From: an uncultured Alphaproteobacteria bacterium
Lineage (GTDB): Bacteria > Pseudomonadota > Alphaproteobacteria > RF32 > CAG-239
NCBI GenBank assembly: GCA_944390895.1
Contig: CALXRQ010000003.1
Coordinates: forward strand, 5,550 to 69,549
DNA length: 64,000 nucleotides
Direction: 5' to 3'
Under the pieces are notes generated by a model. The model was not told the origin of the DNA, did no database searches, and saw nothing but the letters and a program-made list of their open reading frames with translations. Position numbers and translations under genes: made by a program. Within the stretch, counting starts at the first letter, position 1. Every line of letters begins with the position of its first letter. Of the stretch, positions 29,457 through 38,705 are shown piece after piece.

Positions 29457-29492
29457 CAACCGGCGCCTCTTGACGGGGCGCCGTTTTTTATT
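29457..29492 (+). terminator. Rho-independent terminator closing the phage-like block
   Basis: CGGCGCCtcttgacgGGGCGCCGttttttat. Confidence 0.75.
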
Positions 29493-29589
29493 GTTTCATA
29501 AGGCGTTTAATCCTTTTGTTTACGTTTTATTTAAACAGTTTGCATATATTTCAAACGAAAAATAAGTTTTAGCGGAACGGAAGTGTCAA

Positions 29590-30309
29590 ATGCTGAATGC
29601 CATTAATGAAGAAATTGTACATGTAAACGGCCATCCCCGAAAGCTGGTGGTTTTTCTGCACGGCTATATTGATAATGCCGATTATCTGGAACATACGATT
29701 CTTCCGATGATATCAAACATAGACAATGCCGCGGTTCATCTTCCTCAGGCGCCGATCAGCTGCGAAATTCTTGATGACAAACGCCAGTGGTATTCCATGC
29801 ACCGTTTCGATCCGGACGATGCCCGCAAAACGGTTCCGACCATGGAAGAATGCGTCCAAATCTACGATCATATGGCTCAGGGTCTTGAGGGAGCGCGTTT
29901 TTATCTTGATGAATATATCGACGCCAGCCTCAATGAATATCAGCTTGAGGACAAAGATTTGTATTTATGCGGTTTTTCTCAGGGAGCAATGCTGGCGCTT
30001 TATACGGCGTTGATGCGCGAAAACAAAATCGGCGGCTGTATCAGCTTCAGCGGTATCATGGCTTCGCACAGTTTTTTGATGAAGCATCACCGCAGCGCGC
30101 CGGATATTTTGCTTATGCACGGCAACAAGGACAATCTCGTCCGCTTTGAGGCTTTGGAGTTTACCCGTCATAATCTGGAACAGATCGGCTGCCGCGTATT
30201 TACTTATGTCGTGGACGGAGGTCAGCACCGGATTACGCCGGACGAACTGGAACAGGCCGAACGCTTTATCAACGGCAATGGCAATTTCAGAAAAAAGATT
30301 GCGGTATAA
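29590..30309 (+). CDS. Alpha/beta hydrolase, phospholipase/carboxylesterase family
   Basis: HG oxyanion region (VVFLHGY). GFSQGAM nucleophile elbow. 239 aa. Confidence 0.65.
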   Translation: MLNAINEEIVHVNGHPRKLVVFLHGYIDNADYLEHTILPMISNIDNAAVHLPQAPISCEILDDKRQWYSMHRFDPDDARKTVPTMEECVQIYDHMAQGLEGARFYLDEYIDASLNEYQLEDKDLYLCGFSQGAMLALYTALMRENKIGGCISFSGIMASHSFLMKHHRSAPDILLMHGNKDNLVRFEALEFTRHNLEQIGCRVFTYVVDGGQHRITPDELEQAERFINGNGNFRKKIAV

Positions 30310-31318
30310 TCAGCCCGCCGTCGTCAATCAGCTTGTTTTTTTCGCGATCAATGTTCAGGTCTGAAAGCGAACCGAGGTTGCGTTCGTAAATTTCGCCGTA
30401 GTTGCCGAGTTCGGTAATGGCGGTTTTGACCCAGCCGGGTTTTAACTGAAACTTTTCCCACAATACCGGATTAATGCCGAACAGATTGACGATGGAAGCG
30501 TCTTTGACGCCGATGAAAATGTCAATATTTTTGGAAGTAATGCCTTTCTTTTCGGCCAGCGTAACGGCGTTGACTACCCATTTGACAATTGTGCGCAGAG
30601 TTTGATTGTCTTTGAGAACCTGAGCATAAACAGGTTTGTAGGCAATCACTTCCGGCAGCATGGTTATGTCCATATATTCGTTGGCCATTTGCCGGTATAT
30701 GCTTTTAAGGTAAATTTCGCTTCCGGTCAGAAGTTCGCACCGTTTAAGCAGAAAAGCCTCTTTGGCTGCGCGCGGATCCTTGAACATCAACGGTCTCAGC
30801 TCCAGACTGTATTTGTCGCTGTAGTCCTGCAGATTGTAAAAGTCTTCGGAATTGGTCACCGTGCAGACTTTTTTGCCTTTATAGGCCTCCATCGAATTGG
30901 CGCCGTCAATCTTCTGAGCCAGAAACATCTGACGTCCGTAATAAAGCAGCTGCGCCTGAGTCGCTTTGCTGCCGATGTCTCTTGTTGCGGTGGAAGGAGC
31001 GTCGCCGAGCATAATGTCTATTTTGTTGGAGGCGATAGCCTTGGCCGTGTCATAAGATTTTACGTCCACCATTTCAAAGCGGTCGCCGCGTCCGAAAATC
31101 GCGGTGGAAAACAGCCGGCAGAAGTCGGCGTCAATGCCCCGCCAGTAGCCGGCTTCGTCTTTGTAAGCATAGGTCTTGGTCGTCAGATCGCTTCCGCAGC
31201 GCACCGTGCCGCGGGTGTTGATATAGCGCAGGCCGGCGTCTGCCGCGGCGCACTCTTTGCCGAAAAAGACCAGAGAAAGAACCAAAAACCATAATTTAAG
31301 TTTCATTTTATTAACCAA
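30287..31318 (-). CDS. Amino-acid ABC transporter periplasmic substrate-binding protein (family 3, AapJ-like)
   Basis: Signal peptide MKLKLWFLVLSLVFFGKECAA. SBP_bac_3-like length and pattern. Confidence 0.7.
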   Translation of the reverse strand: MVNKMKLKLWFLVLSLVFFGKECAAADAGLRYINTRGTVRCGSDLTTKTYAYKDEAGYWRGIDADFCRLFSTAIFGRGDRFEMVDVKSYDTAKAIASNKIDIMLGDAPSTATRDIGSKATQAQLLYYGRQMFLAQKIDGANSMEAYKGKKVCTVTNSEDFYNLQDYSDKYSLELRPLMFKDPRAAKEAFLLKRCELLTGSEIYLKSIYRQMANEYMDITMLPEVIAYKPVYAQVLKDNQTLRTIVKWVVNAVTLAEKKGITSKNIDIFIGVKDASIVNLFGINPVLWEKFQLKPGWVKTAITELGNYGEIYERNLGSLSDLNIDREKNKLIDDGGLIIPQSFF

Positions 31319-31368
31319 TATGTGTTATAATCTTATCTGAAATAATTGTTACTATAGGACATATTTAA

Positions 31369-32037
31369 ATGAATTGTAAGAAATATTTACAACTTATTAT
31401 CGTCTGTTTGAGCCTTGCTTTTCCGCAGGTGGCCAGCGCTTCCGAAATCGGCGCTGCCGAGGCCCGTTCCTGGGCGCAGGATCGGGGCAACCTGCTGCTG
31501 ACAACCTTTCAGGAGAAAAATCTGGCGGTAAAGTATAAAAAGCTGGACGAATTGTTTTTGAAATATGTCGATCTGGATTACATTTCCAAATTTGTCATCG
31601 GCAAGCACTGGCGCGAGATGACGTCTGAACAGCAGCGGCAGTATCAGTCTTTGTTCAAACGCTATGCGCTGGGGGTTTACAAAAGTTTTCCCCTGACGTT
31701 TGAAGAAGAAATCAAATTTGAAATTTTGAATGCCGACGTGCAGCCCGATTATACCGACGTTGCGGCGCAGATTGATCTCGGCCGCAATTTCAGCGATGCT
31801 TCTCAGCCGCCGAAAAAAATCAACGTCGTTTTCCGTCTGAAAAAAAACAACGGAATCAAACTGGTGGATATTAAGTTGGCCGAAAGCAGCCTGATTTTGT
31901 CTTACCGCAACCGTTTTTACCAGATGGTAGCTGATGCCGACGGCGACATGACCTGGTTTTTGGAAGATTTGGAAACGGTCACCGTTTCTACCGAGAAGAC
32001 CAATCGGATGAAGTTGGAAAATGCCGAATATCAATGA
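31369..32037 (+). CDS. mlaC: MlaC/Ttg2D family phospholipid-binding periplasmic protein
   Basis: Signal peptide. Conserved ...VDLDYISKFVIGKHWREMTSEQQRQYQSLFKRYALGVY... pattern of MlaC. Confidence 0.7.
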   Translation: MNCKKYLQLIIVCLSLAFPQVASASEIGAAEARSWAQDRGNLLLTTFQEKNLAVKYKKLDELFLKYVDLDYISKFVIGKHWREMTSEQQRQYQSLFKRYALGVYKSFPLTFEEEIKFEILNADVQPDYTDVAAQIDLGRNFSDASQPPKKINVVFRLKKNNGIKLVDIKLAESSLILSYRNRFYQMVADADGDMTWFLEDLETVTVSTEKTNRMKLENAEYQ

Positions 32038-32081
32038 TTTTCTGACAGAAATACCTTGAATTTATGACAATAAGCTTATAA

Positions 32082-32120
32082 TATCCACTTTAGTTTTTTT
32101 GATACCGAAGTGGATATTTT
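32082..32120 (+). terminator. Rho-independent terminator
   Basis: ATATCCACTTtagtttttttgataccGAAGTGGATATttttttt. Confidence 0.6.
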
Positions 32121-32126
32121 TTTAAG

Positions 32127-33449
32127 ATGAATGAAATTAAAGTTAGATTTGCGCCCAGTCCGACCGGCTTTATGCATATCGGCAACACCCGCACGGCTCT
32201 GTTCAACTGGCTGCTGGCCAAAAAGCTTGGCGGAAAGTTTATGCTGCGGATTGACGATACGGACAAGCTGCGCTCCAAGGACGAATACGAACGCGCCATT
32301 CGCGATGCGCTGACCTGGCTCGGTCTGACCTGGAGCGAAGAGGCGCGCCAGTCGGCTCGTTTTGACCGCTATAATGCCGTGGTCGAAAAATTAAAGGCTG
32401 AAGGACGCATCTATGCCTGCTGGGAAACGGCCGAGGAGCTTGAGTTTATGCGCAAGCGTCTGTTGAACAAAGGGCTGCCGCCGATTTATGACCGCAAATC
32501 GCTGCACCTGACCGCGCAGGAGATTGCCGCCTATAAGGCCGAAGGCCGCAAGCCGCATTATCGTTTTAAACTTCTTGACGGCGAAATAACCTGGAACGAT
32601 TTGGTTCGGGGCGAAGTGAAATATGAAGCCAGGAACTTGAGCGATCCGATCGTCATTCGCGAGGACGGAAGCTTTTTATATCATTTGCCTTCGGTTATCG
32701 ACGATGTCGATTTCGGCATAACCCATATCGTCCGGGGAGAAGACCATGTGACCAACACCGCCTCCCAGGTGCAGATGTTTGAGGCCCTCGGCGGAAAAGT
32801 GCCCGCTTTTGCCCATCTGCCGCTGTTGACCGGCAAAGAGGGAAAACTGTCCAAACGTCTGGGTAGTCTCGGCGTGCGCGAACTGCGCGAAGAAGGCGTT
32901 GAAGCCATGGCAATCAGCTCTTTTCTTGCCAAACTCGGAACCTCTGAAGCCATTGAACCGTTTTATGATTTGAACGCGCTGGCGCTTTCTCTGGATTTGC
33001 GCAAAATCGGACGGGCACAGCCGAAGTTTGACGAAGAAGAATTAAAACTCTTCAATACCAGATTTGTGCGGACGGCGCCTTATGAATATGTAAAAGAGCG
33101 CGTAAACGTTGATAAAATGTTTTGGAATGCGGTTCGGGGCAATTTGAACGTCGTCGGCGACATCGGCGTTTGGGAAGAAATTTGCAATCGGGAGCTGCCC
33201 CCCGTGATAGAAGACCGGGAACTCACCGACGCCGCCGCGGAACTGCTTCCGCCGGAACCCTGGAACGAGGAAACCTGGAATGCCTGGGTAAACGAGGTAA
33301 AAAACAAAACCGGCAAAAAAGGCAAAGAGCTTTTCCATCCCATCCGCAAAGCCCTGACCGCCAGGGAAAACGGCCCTGAGTTGAAAATCCTGCTGCCGCT
33401 GATGGGCAGAATTAAAGCCTATAACCGTCTGAAAGGCCTCAAAGCCTGA
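32127..33449 (+). CDS. gltX: Glutamate--tRNA ligase
   Basis: RFAPSPTGFMHIGNTRTALFNWL (HIGH region). KLSKR (KMSKS-type). 440 aa. Confidence 0.9.
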   Translation: MNEIKVRFAPSPTGFMHIGNTRTALFNWLLAKKLGGKFMLRIDDTDKLRSKDEYERAIRDALTWLGLTWSEEARQSARFDRYNAVVEKLKAEGRIYACWETAEELEFMRKRLLNKGLPPIYDRKSLHLTAQEIAAYKAEGRKPHYRFKLLDGEITWNDLVRGEVKYEARNLSDPIVIREDGSFLYHLPSVIDDVDFGITHIVRGEDHVTNTASQVQMFEALGGKVPAFAHLPLLTGKEGKLSKRLGSLGVRELREEGVEAMAISSFLAKLGTSEAIEPFYDLNALALSLDLRKIGRAQPKFDEEELKLFNTRFVRTAPYEYVKERVNVDKMFWNAVRGNLNVVGDIGVWEEICNRELPPVIEDRELTDAAAELLPPEPWNEETWNAWVNEVKNKTGKKGKELFHPIRKALTARENGPELKILLPLMGRIKAYNRLKGLKA

Positions 33450-33506
33450 TATGGCCGTTCCGAGCCGAAGCGTTTCGGTATATTAATCTAACAAAGGAGA
33501 AAAAAC

Positions 33507-34883
33507 GTGGTAGACATATATTTGCACAATACTTTGAAACGTCGTAAAGAAAAGTTCGTTCCCATCGACTGTAACAATGTGCGTATGTATGTCTGCGGGC
33601 CGACGGTTTATGACAAGGCTCATCTGGGCAACGGCAAAACGCCGGTTTCCTATGACGTTTTATTCCGTCTGTTGCGTCATGTTTACGGTACGGAGCATGT
33701 CACTTATGTTTCCAACATTACCGACGTAGACGACAAGATTTTGAATAAACACAAACAGACCGGCAAGCCTATCCGCGAAATTACCGAAGAAACATACAAC
33801 TGGTATATTGCCGATATGAAAAAGCTGAACAATCTGGAACCGAACTATCGGCCGCGCGCCACGGATTATATCGGCGATATGATAGAGCTGGTCAAGCGTC
33901 TGCTGGCAAACGGCCATGCTTATGAAGCGGCCGGCCATGTTTTGTTTGACGTTGATTCCATGCCGGATTACGGCTGTTTGTCCGGACGCTCAATGAAAGA
34001 GATGCTGGCCGGCGCCCGGGTAGAAGTTGCCGATTATAAGAAAAATCCAGCGGACTTCGTTCTCTGGAAGCCGTCCGATGCCGATGAACCCGGTTGGGAA
34101 AGCCCCTGGGGATACGGCCGTCCGGGCTGGCATCTGGAATGTTCGGCAATGAGTTCCAAACTGCTGGGCAACGATTTTGACATCCACGGCGGCGGTTCCG
34201 ACCTGATTTTTCCGCACCACGAAAACGAATGTGCCCAGTCCTGCTGCGCTTTTGAGGGCACGCGGTTTGCGCATTACTGGGTTCACGCCGGTATGTTGAT
34301 GGTTGACGGTGTTAAAATGTCAAAGTCTCTCGGCAATTTTTATACTTTGGACGAAGTGTTGGAAAAAGCGCCGGCCGAAGCGCTGCGCCTGCTGTTTCTG
34401 ACTTCGCATTATCACCAGCCGTTTAACTTTACGTTTGACGGACTGCAGGCGGCCAAGCAGACGCTGGACAAGTTTTACAACGCTTTGCTGAAGGTCAGGG
34501 ATATTGAGGCAGACAAAACCGAACCCGACGCCAGAGTGGTCGAGGCGTTGGCCGATGATCTGAACACGCCGCTGGCTCTGACTTATCTGCATGAAAACGT
34601 TAATAATTTGAACAAAGCGGAAACGGAGGCCGATCGGAAAAAATACAAGTCCGAACTTTTGGCCAACGCTTATCTGCTGGGACTGTTGTGGCAGGATCCC
34701 GAGGTTTGGTTCAAAGGCGATGCCGGCGGGGATGACGCGGAAATCGAAAAACTGATTGCCGCCCGAGCCGAAGCCAAAAAGAACAAAGATTGGGCTGCGG
34801 CCGATAAAATTCGCAATGACCTGAAAGAAAAAGGCATCGTTTTGGAAGACGGCCCCAACGGTACCACCTGGAAACGGCTTTGA
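33507..34883 (+). CDS. cysS: Cysteine--tRNA ligase
   Basis: [13 protein letters not shown] (HIGH-type) and KMSKSLGN motifs. Cys-rich zinc site. 458 aa. Confidence 0.9.
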   Translation: MVDIYLHNTLKRRKEKFVPIDCNNVRMYVCGPTVYDKAHLGNGKTPVSYDVLFRLLRHVYGTEHVTYVSNITDVDDKILNKHKQTGKPIREITEETYNWYIADMKKLNNLEPNYRPRATDYIGDMIELVKRLLANGHAYEAAGHVLFDVDSMPDYGCLSGRSMKEMLAGARVEVADYKKNPADFVLWKPSDADEPGWESPWGYGRPGWHLECSAMSSKLLGNDFDIHGGGSDLIFPHHENECAQSCCAFEGTRFAHYWVHAGMLMVDGVKMSKSLGNFYTLDEVLEKAPAEALRLLFLTSHYHQPFNFTFDGLQAAKQTLDKFYNALLKVRDIEADKTEPDARVVEALADDLNTPLALTYLHENVNNLNKAETEADRKKYKSELLANAYLLGLLWQDPEVWFKGDAGGDDAEIEKLIAARAEAKKNKDWAAADKIRNDLKEKGIVLEDGPNGTTWKRL

Positions 34884-34896
34884 TTTATAAAAAAAA

Positions 34897-34925
34897 GCCT
34901 CTGTGCATTGCGCATAGAGGCTTTA
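34897..34925. terminator. Bidirectional terminator hairpin
   Basis: aaaaaaaaGCCTCTGTGCattGCGCATAGAGGCttt. Confidence 0.6.
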
Positions 34926-34991
34926 ATATTGAAGTGTGTTTAGAGAGATATATTTATGAAGCATAATAATGTCGGATGAATGTAAAACATT

Positions 34992-35210
34992 CTAGCAGTT
35001 GGTAATGTTGTGCAAAGAATTTTTGCTGAAAATTATTCTCTTGGGACTTATTTTATATTCAATATCCGGTTTGACGATGACGTATTTATTGTCTGACCAG
35101 TTGTCCACCAGCATATCGATGGTCTTGCTGACCAATTCGTTATTGTCAAAACTTACGCCGGATAAGTTATTAATCAGATAATCTGCGACATTAACTTTCA
35201 ACATTTTCAA
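34992..35210 (-). CDS. Hypothetical small protein (low confidence ORF in AT-rich DNA)
   Basis: 72-aa ORF. A terminator with a T-run lies downstream on the - strand. Confidence 0.25.
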   Translation of the reverse strand: MKMLKVNVADYLINNLSGVSFDNNELVSKTIDMLVDNWSDNKYVIVKPDIEYKISPKRIIFSKNSLHNITNC

Positions 35211-35308
35211 ACCCTCCTAAAAATGTTTACAAAACTAAATATATTAACAAACGGTTAACTTTCCAGAGGGGTAAAACTATTTATCATATATGCAAAAATA
35301 ATTCTATT

Positions 35309-36226
35309 TTACAGCGAGATAGATGCGGCTTTTTGACTCAGAACCTCATTTATCAACACTGTTACGGATTTTGCCGGCGGTCGGGAAGCATAATTTTCAT
35401 AAGCGATTTTTTTCAGGTTGTTTTCACTCCACAGCAGCATATAACCGGCAATATTGCAGACATCTGTCGTCCCGTCTTCCTTCTTGTAATTACAGGGAAT
35501 GTTGCAGCGAATGGCATAGTCTCCGCCGACCGAACGAATAAATTTTTGGGAGTCGTTGTAAATATAACAACTGGTCATCATAGCGCTGAAGCCGCGTTTC
35601 AAAACTTCGCGCGCATAACGGCTGACCAGCCGTCGGCCGATGCCGCAGCGTTTGTAGGCGGGATCAATATAGAGCGAACTGGAACCGGCAATTTTTTCTT
35701 TGGGCGGCAGGGGAATTTCCCGCAAGTCGTTATAAACGTCGATTCCGCGGTATTCGGATTTTTTGCGGAGCAGGGCGCGTTTTTTGTTTTCGTTTTCATA
35801 ACGGCGGTATTCTTCATCTTCAAGCGGCAGTGCATATCCCTTGCGGAAGCCGATGATTTTACGGCCCTCTGGCGTTTTAATTTCAGCCACGAAACATAAA
35901 AACGGCTTTTCCGGATTGTCCAGATTCTGCATGGCCTTTCGCCAATAGTCCCTGAAACTGCTGCGGCTTTGTCCGGTGTCTTTCTCTTCGTCGGGAATGA
36001 GTTCCGGATAAACTTTCAGCGAGGCGCCGGCCTTTGCCGTCACCAGATCGTTAAAAAAGCGGTCATAATATGCCCGATAAGCCAAATCTGCCAATTCGGC
36101 TTCGTCTTCTTTTCTTGCGCTGCGTATCGTAATCGTTTCAAAATTCTGCATAGGTAAATCTCCATCGAAATCATAGGAATAAAAAAGGTTCATTGATTGT
36201 TTTTTTAGCTGAAGCAAAAACGTCAA
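35309..36226 (-). CDS. GNAT family N-acetyltransferase
   Basis: Acetyl-CoA binding motif ...RCGIGRRLVSRYAREV. The start codon is ambiguous. Confidence 0.6.
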   Translation of the reverse strand: MTFLLQLKKQSMNLFYSYDFDGDLPMQNFETITIRSARKEDEAELADLAYRAYYDRFFNDLVTAKAGASLKVYPELIPDEEKDTGQSRSSFRDYWRKAMQNLDNPEKPFLCFVAEIKTPEGRKIIGFRKGYALPLEDEEYRRYENENKKRALLRKKSEYRGIDVYNDLREIPLPPKEKIAGSSSLYIDPAYKRCGIGRRLVSRYAREVLKRGFSAMMTSCYIYNDSQKFIRSVGGDYAIRCNIPCNYKKEDGTTDVCNIAGYMLLWSENNLKKIAYENYASRPPAKSVTVLINEVLSQKAASISL

Positions 36227-36307
36227 TGTCGATGGAAATAATGGTGCAGGCCGAAAGAAACACTGTTCGGAAAATCACAAAAAACGGTTGCTTTGTTGGT
36301 TTTATAA

Positions 36308-36577
36308 TCAGTCATTTTGTTTCATTCGGTCTAAAAGGGTTCTGTATCCCCGGTAAGGTTCGTCTTTTAAAAAGCGCGCCACTCTGGTAATGGTCGTCAG
36401 GCTGGCTTGCGTCTGTTCGGCAATTTCCCGGTAGGAAAGCCGCCCCTCATCCAAAAGCTTGGCTATTTCCCAACGGTCGTTAAAATCTTTAAGCTCTTTG
36501 GGCGTACACAAATCTTTAAGGAAATTTTCGCATTCCTGACGGTTGCTCAACAGCAGAAAGGCATCGTAAAGATTCAT
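36308..36577 (-). CDS. TrpR-like DNA-binding protein (YerC/YecD family)
   Basis: 89 aa. ...LSYREIAEQTQASLTTITRVARFL... is a TrpR-family HTH. Confidence 0.65.
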   Translation of the reverse strand: MNLYDAFLLLSNRQECENFLKDLCTPKELKDFNDRWEIAKLLDEGRLSYREIAEQTQASLTTITRVARFLKDEPYRGYRTLLDRMKQND

Positions 36578-36713
36578 TTCGTCCTCGAAAATATTGTTTT
36601 AATGTAATAGAACAATATAACAAAATTTAAAACTGTCAAGAGAAAATTGACACTGTCTGCAAAAAAACTATTGACGAGTTTGATTAAATAGATTAATTAT
36701 ACAAGCGTTTTAT

Positions 36714-36799
36714 GGGGGTATGGCGGAACTGGTAGACGCGCTAGACTCAAAATCTTGTTCCCTCTGGGAGTGTCAGTTCGAGTCTGACTACCCCTACCA
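36714..36799 (+). tRNA. tRNA-Leu (anticodon CAA), long variable arm, CCA encoded
   Basis: GGGGGTA-TG-GCGGAACTGGTAGACGC-GCTAGA-CTCAAAA-TCTTGT-TCCCTCTGGGAGT-GTCAGTTCGAGTCTGAC-TACCCCT-A-CCA. Cloverleaf is consistent, but with one U-U mispair in the anticodon stem. Followed by a terminator. Confidence 0.85.
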
Positions 36800-36802
36800 A
36801 AT

Positions 36803-36835
36803 TGAAAAGCCTTGATTTTATCAAGGCTTTTTTTG
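36803..36835 (+). terminator. Rho-independent terminator after tRNA-Leu
   Basis: AAGCCTTGATtttaTCAAGGCTTttttttgt. Confidence 0.65.
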
Positions 36836-38071
36836 TCATCTCTGCAATACGGATTTTCCGTCGATGAGCAACAGCGCTTCTTTGGGCGGAATGTTGATTT
36901 TTTGTCCTTCAATATCGGCTTCGTACTCCTCTTCGCTCAGGTTGACGGCACAGACGGCTTTGTTGCTGCCGTTTTCGCGGGAGAAGACAAACTGTTCGTT
37001 CTGAAGCAGAAGTTCTTTGTATGCGCCGTAAACGACCACTTCGTTTTCTTTTCTGATCAGGCTCAGCCGACGTATGTGTTCAGTCAGTTCGTTAGGCGTA
37101 AATTCATTCAGGCTGGGCCGCAAAATGCTGTCGCCGCCGGTATCTTTGTCACCCTCAATACCAAACTCGCTGCCGTAATAAATGCTGGGGATTCCGGGAA
37201 TCAGATACAGCATGGTATAAAGAAGTTTCAAATCGCGTTTGTCTTTGAGCTTGGAGGCAATGCGGCTGACATCGTGGTTGTCCAGAAAATTATACATGAA
37301 TTTTCCGCCGTAGAGTTCCTGCTGCCGTCTGAGAGAATGGGCAATTTCAAACATATTTTTGTCATTGCATGAAGAATAAAGTCCCTTATAGCACTCATAA
37401 TTGGTCACGCTGTCGAGCATTCGTTCGTTCATCAGCTGGTTGTAGTCTCCGTGTACAATTTCTCCCATCAGCCAAAAGTCGTCTTTTAAGACCCTGCAAA
37501 AGTTGCGCAGTTCGGTCAGAAATTTCTTGTCAAGACAATAGGCGACGTCCAGACGCAGTCCGTCGATGTCATAGTTGTCCGTCCAGCTCTTGATGGCTTC
37601 AAACAAATGGTTCTTAACGTCCTGGTTTTTCAAATTCAGTTTTACCAGATCGCTGCATCCTTCCCAGTTTTGATAATAAAAGCCGTCGTCATAGTGGTTG
37701 TTGCCGTTCCAATTGAGCAGAAACCAGTCGCAGTATCTTGAATTTTCCTTGTTTTCGCGCACGTCTCTGAATGCCCAGAACTCGCGGCCGACATGGTTGA
37801 AAACACCGTCGACGATAACCTTGATGCCGTTTTCATGCAGCTGGCGGCAGACTTCCCTGAAATCGTCATTGCTTCCCAGCCGCGGATCAATGCGAAAATA
37901 GTCGCTGGTGTCGTATCCGTGGTTGGCGGATTGAAAAACCGGTCCCAGATATAGCGCGTCGGCACCGATGTATTTAAGGTGGCCGATAATGCCGCTGATT
38001 TTTTCAAGGCCCCGGTCTCCGCAGAAGCCCAGCGGATAAATATGATAAAAAACTCTTTTTTCAGCCCACAT
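36836..38071 (-). CDS. GH13 family alpha-glucosidase/alpha-amylase-like glycoside hydrolase
   Basis: YHIYPLGF..., catalytic-region GIDGLRLDVAY, ...GEIVHGDY, FLDNHDVSRI motifs. Start placed at MWAEKRVFY (GGAGAA SD); the track's upstream ATG crosses the operator and the tetR 3' end. Confidence 0.75.
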   Translation of the reverse strand: MWAEKRVFYHIYPLGFCGDRGLEKISGIIGHLKYIGADALYLGPVFQSANHGYDTSDYFRIDPRLGSNDDFREVCRQLHENGIKVIVDGVFNHVGREFWAFRDVRENKENSRYCDWFLLNWNGNNHYDDGFYYQNWEGCSDLVKLNLKNQDVKNHLFEAIKSWTDNYDIDGLRLDVAYCLDKKFLTELRNFCRVLKDDFWLMGEIVHGDYNQLMNERMLDSVTNYECYKGLYSSCNDKNMFEIAHSLRRQQELYGGKFMYNFLDNHDVSRIASKLKDKRDLKLLYTMLYLIPGIPSIYYGSEFGIEGDKDTGGDSILRPSLNEFTPNELTEHIRRLSLIRKENEVVVYGAYKELLLQNEQFVFSRENGSNKAVCAVNLSEEEYEADIEGQKINIPPKEALLLIDGKSVLQR

Positions 38072-38085
38072 AAATTTTCTCCTTT

Positions 38086-38101
38086 CTATACCGTTCGGTA
38101 T
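38086..38101. promoter_or_regulatory. TetR-type operator palindrome TATACCG-TT-CGGTATA (copy 1, upstream of the GH13 gene)
   Basis: Identical 16-bp inverted repeat also at 38716-38731 (tetR promoter region). It abuts the SD of the GH13 gene. Confidence 0.5.
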
Positions 38102-38118
38102 ATCAACAATAAAATTTT

Positions 38119-38694
38119 TTAGAATATTCCGTGCATAAATTGATGAACCAAATCTTCTGTTTTGGGGTTTTGATTGAGAATAATGTATATATTGATCATT
38201 CCGATGAAAGTCCAAGCCTGTCTTTTTTCGTGGCCGGTCATGTTTCGGTGGATGCGCGACATGTTTTTGAACATTTTTTCAATAATGTCATACTGCGTGC
38301 CGTTGAACTCCTTCACCGCCGAATAAAGTTCCGATTCCGGCGGCGCAAACAATGCCGACTGCGCAATGGCGTAAAACTGGCGGTTGTTTCTGGCAAAGTC
38401 AAAATAAGCGTTGGCAATCCGGATTAACACCGGGTAAACGTCTTCAAAATATTTTTTGACGTTGGGAATATATCTTGACTGCTGCTCCAGCAGAGTGTTC
38501 AGCCGTTCGTAGTTGCGGCGCAGAATTTCTTTCAGAATTCCGGCTTTGCTTTCATAATAATAATACAATGTCGGTTTTGACACCTCGGCCTTTTCGCAGA
38601 TAAGCTGCACGCCGACGGCATCATAACCCTTTTCGGCAAACAGCGCCATGGCGACGTCTGATATTTTTTCTCTGTTGTCTTTTATCATTTCCAT
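38119..38694 (-). CDS. TetR/AcrR family transcriptional regulator
   Basis: N-terminal HTH ISDVAMALFAEKGYDAVGVQLICEKAEVSKPTLYYYYESK. 191 aa. Confidence 0.8.
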   Translation of the reverse strand: MEMIKDNREKISDVAMALFAEKGYDAVGVQLICEKAEVSKPTLYYYYESKAGILKEILRRNYERLNTLLEQQSRYIPNVKKYFEDVYPVLIRIANAYFDFARNNRQFYAIAQSALFAPPESELYSAVKEFNGTQYDIIEKMFKNMSRIHRNMTGHEKRQAWTFIGMINIYIILNQNPKTEDLVHQFMHGIF

Positions 38695-38705
38695 AAAGAC
38701 GAAAT

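Larger units (their letters stand above)
17425..29492. mobile_element. Compact phage-like element with podovirus (T7-like) structural gene order: repressor, terminase, lysis, portal, scaffold, capsid, tail tube. No integrase, replication, internal-core or tail-fibre genes. Defective prophage or GTA-like/domesticated particle locus
   Basis: Contiguous block of phage-type genes on one strand (18458-29456) plus a divergent CI-like repressor. Ends at a strong terminator (29457-29492). Flanked by chromosomal housekeeping genes. No flanking direct repeats or tRNA found by eye. Confidence 0.55.

Noticed and set aside
17400-29600. att-site direct repeats or a tRNA integration site flanking the phage-like block
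   Set aside because: I compared the roughly 100 nt at both boundaries by eye and found no shared repeat of 10 nt or more. The nearest tRNA is 7 kb away. Boundaries therefore remain undefined rather than demonstrated.
34992-35210. Whether the 72-aa - strand ORF is a real gene
   Set aside because: Kept only as a low-confidence feature. AT-rich region, no SD, Ile/Asn/Lys-rich translation typical of random AT-rich ORFs. The downstream terminator may serve the GNAT transcript instead.
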